A stretch of 64,000 nucleotides of DNA, taken from assembly GCF_009914755.1 (NCBI RefSeq), contig NC_060937.1, one strand, 5' to 3'. This document shows, in pieces, positions 55,152 through 64,000 of the stretch (within the stretch, counting starts at the first letter, position 1; each line of letters starts with the position of its first letter). The translations under genes were made by a program, and so were the position numbers. The notes under the pieces are model-generated. The model had not been told where the DNA came from. It was given only the letters and a program-made list of their open reading frames with translations, and made no database searches. This DNA comes from the human T2T-CHM13v2.0 reference genome, Homo sapiens.

Positions 55152-57126
55152 TGTAATCATCTGACGGGTTCATGCTGTCCACTGCACAGAGAAAACCAAC
55201 TCACTGAGGCCAGGGCATTGCAATAAAGAAGGAGTTTAACTGACGGAGGAGACTGAGCTATCACCCACAGCCATCTCACAAAGACTTGGAGATTAGGGAT
55301 TTTCGCCGATACTTTCGTGGTCAGGAGATAGGGAATGGGTGCCGCCAATTGGTTGCGGATGAAATCGTAGGAGCGTAAAAACGTGAGTCCACCTCTCAGC
55401 GTGGACACGTTCCCCCCGCGCTGAGCCCACCTCTCAGCGTGGACACGTACCCCCCGCGCTGGGCCCACCTCTGAGCGTGGAGACTTTCCCCCCGCGCTAA
55501 GCCCACCTCTCAGGGTGGACACGTTCCCCCCGCACTAAGCCCACCTCTGATCGTGGACACGATCCCCCCGTGCTGAGCCCACCTCTCAGCACGGACACGA
55601 TCCCCCCGCGCAGAGTCCACCTCCGAGCGTGGACACGTTCCCCCCGCGCTGAGTCCACCTCCGAGCGTGGACACGTTCCCCCCGCGCTGAGCCCACCTCT
55701 CAGCGTGGACACGTTCCCCCCGCGCTGAGTCCACCTCCGAGCGTGGACACGTTCCCCCCGCGCTGGGCCCACCTCTGAGCATGGAGACGTAACTCCCGCG
55801 CTGAGTCCACCTCCAAGCCTGGAGACGTTTCCCCTTCACTGAGTCCACCTGCGAGCCTGGAGACGTTCCCCCCGCGCTGAGTCCACCTCCGAGCCTGGAG
55901 ACGCTCCCCCCGCGCTGAGTCCACCTCCGAGCCTGGAGACGCTCCCCCCGCGCTGAGTCCACCTCCGAGCGTGGAGACGTTTCCCCTTCACTGAGTCCAC
56001 CTCCGAGCCTGGAGACGCTCCCCCCGCGCTGAGTCCACCTCCGAGCCTGGAGACGTTCCCCCCTCGCTGAGTCCACCTCCGAGCCTGGAGACGTTCCCCC
56101 TTCGCTGAGTCCACTTGCGAGCCTGGAGACGCTCCCCCCGCGCTGAGCCCACCTCCGAGCGTGGAGACGTTCCCCCCTCGCTGAGTCCACCTCCGAGCCT
56201 GGAGACGTTCCCCCTTCGCTGAGTCCACCTCCGAGCCTGGAGACGTTCCGCCCGCGCTGAGCCCACCTCCGAGCCTGGAGACGTTCCCCCCGCGCTGAGT
56301 CCACCTCCGAGCCTGGAGACGTTCCCCCTTCGCTGAGTCCACCTCCGAGCCTGGAGACGTTCCCCCCGCGCTGAGCCCACCTCCGAGCGTGGAGACGCTC
56401 CCCCCGCGCTGAGTCCACCTCCGAGCCTGGAGACGTTTCCCCTTCACTGAGTCCACCTGCGAGCCTGGAGACGTTCCCCCCGCGCTGAGTCCACCTCCGA
56501 GCCTGGAGACGTTCCCCCCGCGCTGAGTCCACCTCCGAGCCTGGAGACGTTCCGCCCGCGCTGAGTCCACCTCCGAGCCTGGAGACGTTCCGCCCGCGCT
56601 GAGTCCACCTCCGAGCCTGGAGACGTTCCCCCCGCGCTGAGTCCACCTTTGAGAGTGAAGACGTTCCTCCTGCTCTGAGTCCACCTCTGAGTGGAATCCA
56701 CAGGACAGCCTCATCATGGCTCACCTGTCCAGGTGGAGTTAGCTGGTCAGAAGTGCAAAGTCTGAAAAGACATCTCAAAAGGCCAACCTGGGGCTCTACC
56801 ATGGTGATGTTGTCTGCGGCATACCTGGGGAAGTTACAAATCCTGTGGCCTCTGGAACAACGACTGATTGCCATTTAACGGTATCTTAGCAGAAACCCAC
56901 TGCTCTCATAATCCTGACGTTGTGGCCTTTCATTTAGTTTTAAAAGGTGGTTTTGTGAAGGGTTACTATCATCCTTACTTTAAGGTTAAACTATAAACTA
57001 ACTTCCTCCTGAAGTCAGGTTAGCCTACACCCAGGAGTGACCGAGGACGGCTTGGAGGTTAGGAGCAAGATGGAGCCAACAATGTCAGATTTCTCTTAAT
57101 GTCGTAATTTTGCAAACGTGATTTCA
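55152..57126 (-). mobile_element. LTR8-family (LTR8B-like) ERV1 solo LTR split by a 1.3-kb VNTR
   Basis: Minus-strand start tgaaatcacgtttgcaaaattacgac...ctccatcttgctcctaacctccaagc...agtttatagtttaacc; other end tgtaatc; 4-bp TSD-like aagc/cagc; about 700 bp when the array is collapsed. Confidence 0.8.
55384..56692. repeat. CpG-rich VNTR, 38-bp unit CTGAGTCCACCTCCGAGCCTGGAGACGTTCCCCCCGCG, ~34 copies
   Basis: Period measured directly (56461 to 56499); typically 3-5 CpG per unit. Confidence 0.98.
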
Positions 57127-57719
57127 CAGCTAAGTGTTCTCCTTGAACACAGGCCTGGGCACCAGGAGCCTGGGGCTGAGATTTAAATTCTATTTCTCCC
57201 GTTACTCCTTGCTTTGGGCTGATCACTTAACTTTTCTTCTCTCTTCCTTGAATATGGAGGCAATAACAATCATTATTGCCGTCAGACGGCGGCCGGTGGA
57301 TAACTAGTCAGTGTAAATTGCTAAATTGACAGGACTGCTTTCGCTAAATCACATAATTGTTAAAAATACCGCAGACATCAAGAGCCTGATTTAATTTAGA
57401 AAATTCAGATTGTGTCTATAGCACCCAAACCATTTGCCAACTCAAACTCATTCAAGTAAAAAGATAAATCAGTCAAGCTGGCACAACGCGTTTATGAAAA
57501 ATTTGTATTGTATATGAGAAAACCCTTTTTATGATCTTATAAAGGGAAACACTTTGGAACTACAATGACATTTTAAAACTCGTTGATGTCTTGAGAAGTT
57601 CAAATCATGGAATTTTAGGGCGTAGACTACTCAGACTCGCCCAGGATCCCGGAGACAGAGCAGAGGTGGAACTGGAAGCTCATCGTGTGTCCTTTTCCTG
57701 AGCACAGCCTAGAGCTCCT

Positions 57720-57806
57720 CTCACCTGCCCCTCCCCTCTGCCACCTCTCCCTCCTCCCCCTCCTCCGCCTCCTCCCCCTCTTCCTTCTCCTCCTCCTCCT
57801 CCTTCT
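57720..57806. repeat. CT-rich / (CCT)n low-complexity tract
   Basis: ctcctcctcctcctccttctt. Confidence 0.85.
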
Positions 57807-59174
57807 TGTTTTGCTCAAACTTCAATCACAGCAGCTGATGTGAAGCCCAGTGGGACTGGCCATCTCCTTCCTCACCCCGCACTTTCTGTGCCCCTGCCCC
57901 GTGCTCACAGCAGCAGCCATTTGCACACCTCTCGCCTTCAGAGTGTGCGTTGGCAAAGGAACACCCACTGGAAGGACCTCACTGCAGATCAGAGCAAAGG
58001 ACACTGCCCAGGTGGTGGTGAGGGGCCCCGAGGATGCACCTGCGGCCCAGCAGCATGACTTGGGTCACCACCCAGGGCGCAGGCAGGCCCCGCAGCCAGT
58101 GAAATCTTAGGGGCCTCCTCCTGGAAGCCTGCTCCTCACTATTTCTGACTGTCACTCTATTAAGGCAAATTTCAAACATATGATTTCCTGAACTGCAGGG
58201 CCTCTCCTGTCCCCATGAGGATGAAGGAGGGCACACGTGATGTTTAGCCTCATCGGTCTCTCCATCATGTCACAAAGTCCTCCTGGTATGCCAAGCTCCG
58301 TGCCTGGGACTGTCACCACCCTGAGGGTCTGCCCCTTGGGTTTGGGGTGCTGAGGGTCTGACCTTAGCCCCATCATGGAGGCGGTGGGAGGGTGCAGGTT
58401 ATCCACAGCCAACTACAGAAAGCAGCACCGAGAAGATACGAATACACACAATACAGGCAGAACTGCATTTTAAATCCAAACCAAGATGCAAACTCCCTGC
58501 ATGCAGAATGCTACCTGGAACAATTTCTCTGGGCAACCTCATATGGGTTGACCAGTTAACAGGTCAAGGCAGTTTCAGCTGACGGCCTCTTAAGGCGTCT
58601 GCAGGGCTTTATATGAAAACCCTCCACTGGGGGAAAGCCCTTGATGGCTGCACTGTATGATCCACATATAATGAAACTTACACTATGCCAAGACGCGGCC
58701 TGCCATTTTGAGATTTAAGAGTAGACAAAAGTGAGTGGCTGTAACTCACTAAGGAAAATGAGCTGCTGAGTATCCGTGGCAGTGTGGGCCGCATTTTCCA
58801 GTCAGGAAAGAGCATCTTTAGAAAGCTGGGCAGGAGATTTGGGGGGCACAGAAAGTCCTTAGTCCCTGGCACACCGAAAGGAGCATTTTCAAAAGCATTT
58901 TCTGGTCTCTGAGTGTGGGGCTTCACCACCCTGGGACTTCCAGTGCTCTGAACTTTGAGCCAGGTCTTCCAACATCACAACACAGCAAGCTAAACCCAAC
59001 AAGACAGGAGGGCTGTGAGCCCTTTCTCCTCTCACTGCTGGAAAAACCTCCCCCAAATTTCAGAAGAATTATCCAGGGGGTGCAATGGGGGAGAAGAAAT
59101 GGTGATAACTGTATTCTGACAAGAAACCCAGATCGTGTTAAAATACCAAAGGTTTTTTTGTTTCCTCTGTGTAT

Positions 59175-59295
59175 GTTTTACCTAGCTCCATTTTTATCAT
59201 CTGTAAAATGGGGATAATAACAGTGTTTTCCTCATAGATGGAAAATATCTCAGGTAATGCCTATATAGCACTTAGCACCTCACACAGTATAATGA
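59175..59295 (+). mobile_element. MIR core fragment
   Basis: tcatctgtaaaatggggataataacag...tatagcacttagcac. Confidence 0.75.
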
Positions 59296-60190
59296 GTGAC
59301 AGTTTTTATTATGAAAAATGTCCACACAAGAAAAAAATAGATTAAAATAGCTCAAGAGAATAGAAAGGCTTCCTATGGAGGAAATGAAAACAAACACGTA
59401 TTTTTGCCACGGAGTGGCTTTTGAGAGGCAGAGGGGAATGTTCGTTTGCCTGCTTTCTCCATCCAGCCCAAGCATTCTATTTATAGGACATGCTTAGGTG
59501 CGACCCTTTTCTGAAATCTTTCCTAGGAAAAAGCTGCACAGCAAATTTCAGGACAAATGCACAGAGTGGTATCCAAAGCTGAGGGTCCTTTACGCACAAA
59601 ATAAAACTTGCTCACAGCTGCGTGTCTTTGTCCCTGCTTTGCCCAGAACTTCTTCCCGGGAGCTAAGTAGCACATCTGCAGGACAGCAAAAGCCAGAAGA
59701 TGCACATTGATAGAAGAGGACGGCAACCACACCACACACCCCAAAGCAGGAAGCTGGAACATAAGCCTCAGCCAACAACTCAGCTTGTGCACTGACCATT
59801 ATTCAAATATAATGTGAAAAGCTGCAAATGTATCAATTGCCCTTTAATTTGATTTCATATGTCACTAATTTATTTAGCTGAAAGAGGTCTTAGAGAATGA
59901 TGAGTATAGACACAAAGCAGGACTATAGAATCTGCCGAAAGAGCAGACATCAGTGTGGAGTTGAGGTGTTTCAGGATCATCTCTGTCCTTCTCTCTCTTT
60001 TTGTCTCTCAGCTTCGGTCTCTGTTTCTTTCTCTTTTAGGCTTTCTCAAAATTAAGCCGTTTCTCCAAGCATAACTCAGATTTTATTCGTAGAGATGGAT
60101 TTTCTTTCTAAAGTCTCTGCTTCAGTGTAAGCACTGTCAGAGAAAAACCAGTGGCTGCAGCCAATGTGTACCTCTCGTGGGTCTGGAGTG

Positions 60191-60428
60191 GATAGAGGCC
60201 ACATGCAGAACATGATAGAGGCCACACACAGAACATGATAGAGGCCACACACAGAACATGATAGAGGCCACACGCAGAACATGATAGAGGCCACATGCAG
60301 AACGTGACAGAGGCCACACGCAGCACGTGACAGAGGCCACACACAGAACATGACAGAGGCCACACACAGAACATGACAGAGGCCACATGAAGCACGTGAT
60401 AGAGGCCACATGCAGGACATGCTAGAGG
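60191..60428 (+). repeat. 23-bp minisatellite array A (GATAGAGGCCACACGCAGAACAT-like) x ~10
   Basis: Period 23 (60211 to 60234). Confidence 0.97.
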
Positions 60429-60434
60429 GGGGCC

Positions 60435-60590
60435 TCTCACTGTCAGGCCAGTGAGGGTAGTGCTGCTGATATCCCAATGTTATAACTGAGGAAGCGGAGG
60501 CTTGGAGAGATTTGATGCCTTGAGCAAGGCCATCTCGTAGGCAAATGGAGGCTCTGGGAGGAGGACTCAGGTCCTCACTGAGGAGCCGTA
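60435..60590 (-). mobile_element. MIR fragment in the spacer between the inverted arrays
   Basis: atcccaatgttataactgaggaagcggaggcttggagagatttgatgccttgagcaaggcca. Confidence 0.55.
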
Positions 60591-61079
60591 GCTGTCAGGT
60601 GTCTCTTAATAGTTTCTTCCAGTCACTTTGGGGTCCTGGCCTTTGATCGTCCAAACCAGCCTAAGCCTGCCCAGATGTGCAACTGTATTCATTTCAGCAA
60701 AACGTTAGAACCATACATGAAATAAGGTATTTAAAAAAAAAATATCCACCTAAGGATAAAGATCCTCTCAGAAACCCCATGGACCTAGAAAACACACAAA
60801 TGCATCTTACTCGATAACTAACATGTGGAAAGTTCATTTAGAGTTCACTGAGAGAGAACAAATCTCTCTTAGCTGCCAGGTGAAGCGGGAGCTGTTTGTA
60901 TAATTATTTGAAATGAGTCCTCTAAGAGGATGCACTGACTGCTGAAGAGGCGTTCCCCATAAGCCTGTGTCACACGGCTTTCACTATGACTCACAGACGC
61001 CATTTGCTTCCTTTCCGCTCTCCCATGTGAACAGGTGTTAAAATGTCCACACCAAAACCTATCCGAAAACCTCTCAGTA

Positions 61080-61628
61080 GTGCTGTACGTGGCCTCTATC
61101 ACACTCTGCGTGTGGCCTCTATCACATTCTGCGTGTGGCCTCTATCACATTCTGCGTGTGGCCTCTATCACGTTCTGCATGTGGCCTCTATCACGTGCTG
61201 CGTGCGGCCTCTATCACGTTCTGCGTGTGGCCTCGATCACACTCTGCATGTGGCCTCTATCACATGCTGCGTGTGGCCTCTATCACGTTCTGCATGTGGC
61301 CTCTATCACACTCTGCATGTGGCCTCTATCACGTCCTGCGTGCGGCCTCTATCACGTGCTGCGTGCGGCCTCTATCACGTTCTGCGTGTGGCCTCTATCA
61401 CGTGCTGCGTGCGGCCTCTATCACGTGCTGTGTGTGGCCTCTATCACACTCTGCGTGTGGCCTCTATCACATTCTGCGTGTGGCCTCTATCACGTGCTGT
61501 GTGTGGCCTCTATCACACTCTGCATGTGGCCTCTATCATGTTCTGCGTGTGGCCTCTATCACGTGCTGTGTGTGGCCTCTATCATGTGCTGCGTGCGGCC
61601 TCCATCATGTTCTGTGTGTGGCCTCCAT
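61080..61628 (-). repeat. 23-bp minisatellite array B (ACGTTCTGCGTGTGGCCTCTATC) x ~24, reverse complement of array A
   Basis: The reverse complement of gatagaggccacacgcagaacgt is acgttctgcgtgtggcctctatc. Confidence 0.97.
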
Positions 61629-64000
61629 TAATCATGTGAACAGCAAAAGGCCGGAGTGCATCACTCATTGATGCTGTTTCTTATTCCCTCCTCATGATGT
61701 GTTGTGCTAATCATTAACTAATTAATTAACTCACCAGTATCTGTTGCGTGCCTGGCACTTAAGAGACTTTGCTAGAATCTCTGAGTGTAGCAGTGACTGG
61801 AATGAAGTCCCTCCCGGTTTCTGTTTATTGCTTCCACACATTTATCCATAAACCTGGACGGCTGGATTGAAAGCCCCCTCACGTCTCCCTCCCTCTCAGG
61901 GCTGGCCTCCACTCAGCACTTCGCACTCGCAGGGAAAGTCGCACCGGCAGTGTGAGTTGAGGCAAATACCCCAAATGCACAGGGCAGCCATTAAAAGCTG
62001 AGGTGCTAATCTGGATAATATTTGCCAGTTTACTTATTTAGTTGACTAAATCTAAATTTCCTTGGCTGACTGATGTCACAAGGGACCTGGCAGGCCCAGG
62101 GCCAGGCAGCACCCCACCTGCACCCTCTGGGAGGGTGGCCCCGACAGTCCCTGCCAGGACGCAGGGTTCGAGGACATCCTCACCTGACCTGAGCCGGGTT
62201 AGAAAGAGTCTTGCTCATCACATCCCTTAGCTCAGGATTTTCCCCAAGAGATGCCCAGACAACCGGGACAGGCAGAGGAAAGTCACGAAAAGGTGGTCGC
62301 TGGTGACTCATCAGCCGGGATTGAAAAACAGGCTCTGATGAAGGAGACACACAGAGGCCGAGAAGATGGAGGTGGGGACACCTTGCAGGGACCCGAAGGC
62401 CTGGACCACTGAGAAGCCTGCACCCTTGGGATTCCACGTGGAGCCCAATTCTGGACCAGGGGCATCCAAGGCCCTCATGGGCGGGTACCCCTCACCCCCA
62501 CAGACGGGGAAGCCAGGCTCCAAGGGGCACCAGGCTTGCCCACGGGTGAGTGCAGAGCTGGAGCCAAGGTCAGGTCCCTGCCAGAGCCTCAGCATCCAAC
62601 CCCCAGCCACACCCAGGACCCCTACATTCGGCCTCAGCTATGCTCTGGGACCCCGTAGACCCCTTTTCCAGCCATGCCTTGAGACCCCCACACCCCTCCC
62701 TCCCCCAGCCATAACCACCTGGGGAGTCCCCGCAGTCCTGGGCTTGGGGTCCCAGCAGCAACCCCATCCCCCAACCTGGGACTGAGACACCTTGTAAGAA
62801 GGGGAAGCCTGGGTGAGAGGAGGCCTCGGGAGGGAGGAAGACTTTCTTTCCTTGTCTGCTGTTCCTATGTTGATGGCTGCCTTGTCCAACTCCTTTGTCT
62901 TTTCCCAGGCACGTCTCTGCCTGGGCGCATGGGTGGGTGGCCCAGCATGTCCCTGGCGGCACCTTGCCCAGGCCCCCTCCTCATCCATGCGCACTGGCCA
63001 GGAGCCCACCACACTTCTCCCTGGCAGGTGCACAAGAAGGAAGGAAGTGGCCTGCGTGGAACGGACACTGGTGACCTTTAGAAATAGAAGAGGGACCCTC
63101 AGAAGCTTGGCTGACCCCACAGTGAGGACAACGCCAGGGCCTAGAGCTCCTTCTGCAGCGGTGCAGGGGTCTTTCTGGCCCAGCACATAGGTGCAGGAGG
63201 CCACCCGCCTCCCAAGCCAGGTGCTGGGTGTTAAGTGAGGAGGAATCAGGACAGGCCAGGCCAGGCCAGGGCAGGCGGGGAAAGGCCAGAGCCAGGGTGG
63301 GAAAAAGGAGGGGAAAATGCAACTCCTTGCTGCTCACAGCTTCCCCCCACAGCAGCGGGCACCAGCTTTGTGCTCACCCATGGTCCGTGGCAGCTCAGCC
63401 AGTGCAGCAGGCACTCCGAGCCTCTGGGGCCTGTCATGTACTGGCCTCTACCTGTGGCGAGGCTCCTCCAATGGGCTCCCTGCCTTCCGGAAAGTCCTAA
63501 TCCAGAGCTCAGGTGAATCCTGACTTTGCAGGGAGGTCAAAGCTGTCTTTCTGAACAGGTTGCATCTGAGCTGAGCTGGAAGGGTGCTGGGAATTGGACG
63601 GGCAGAGAAATCAGGAAGAGCAATTCTGCCAGGTGGGAGGACCAGCCTGAGCCTCTGCAAGGCTGTGCACCCTGGGATGGGGTGAGCTGGTGGGGGAAGC
63701 CACAGAGGATAGTGGATGCAGGCTGGAGGGTAAGGCCTGATGGCCCAGAGGCTGCAGCTTTACCCGGGAAAGGGTTCTCTCACGCAAGGCAGGAAGAGGG
63801 GCGGCCAGGCCCAGGCTCTGGACAGCAGCGCTGACTGGGTGCGAGGAGCCATATCAGAGGCAAGGGGCAGGAGCACGGGACCCTCGGAGGCTTCTGCGTG
63901 GGAGAAGAGCAGAAATGGCACAATGAGACGGGTGGGGGTGAGCTCAGCTTGCGGGAGCGAGGGAGGACCGCCAGGGCAGAGAGGGCTCAGGGAAGTGCCT

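Noticed and set aside
55510-56874. 454-aa minus-strand ORF
   Set aside because: Derived from LTR sequence plus the 38-bp VNTR, cycling through three repeat frames; no gag/pol/env similarity.
61035-61671. Three overlapping ORFs of 178-198 aa
   Set aside because: All three frames are open only because the 23-bp unit lacks stop codons.

Overview
Primate (very probably human) non-coding genomic DNA. It contains full-length AluS/AluY elements with TSDs, old L1M/L2/MIR fragments, MaLR (MLT1) and ERV1 (LTR8-like) solo LTRs, hAT-type DNA transposon relics, and an unusually dense set of GC-rich minisatellites typical of distal/subtelomeric chromosome arms. I find no credible protein-coding exon, RNA gene or CRISPR-like system: the longest ORFs are translations of tandem repeats, simple repeats or Alu, and none of the rest resembles a known protein. 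I cannot assign the locus to a gene. The notable structure is repeat architecture: (1) one 23-bp minisatellite present as two arrays in opposite orientation about 650 bp apart (60191-60428 and 61080-61628); (2) two large VNTRs each expanded from a short internal segment of an otherwise intact solo LTR (3.1 kb inside MLT1A; 1.3 kb, CpG-rich, inside an LTR8-family LTR); (3) a ~215-bp locally templated insertion that splits an MLT1 LTR; (4) a 32-bp VNTR that forms a phased array of metal-response-element cores; (5) several motif-dense candidate enhancers. Repeat subfamily names come from recalled consensus sequences and need RepeatMasker/Dfam confirmation.
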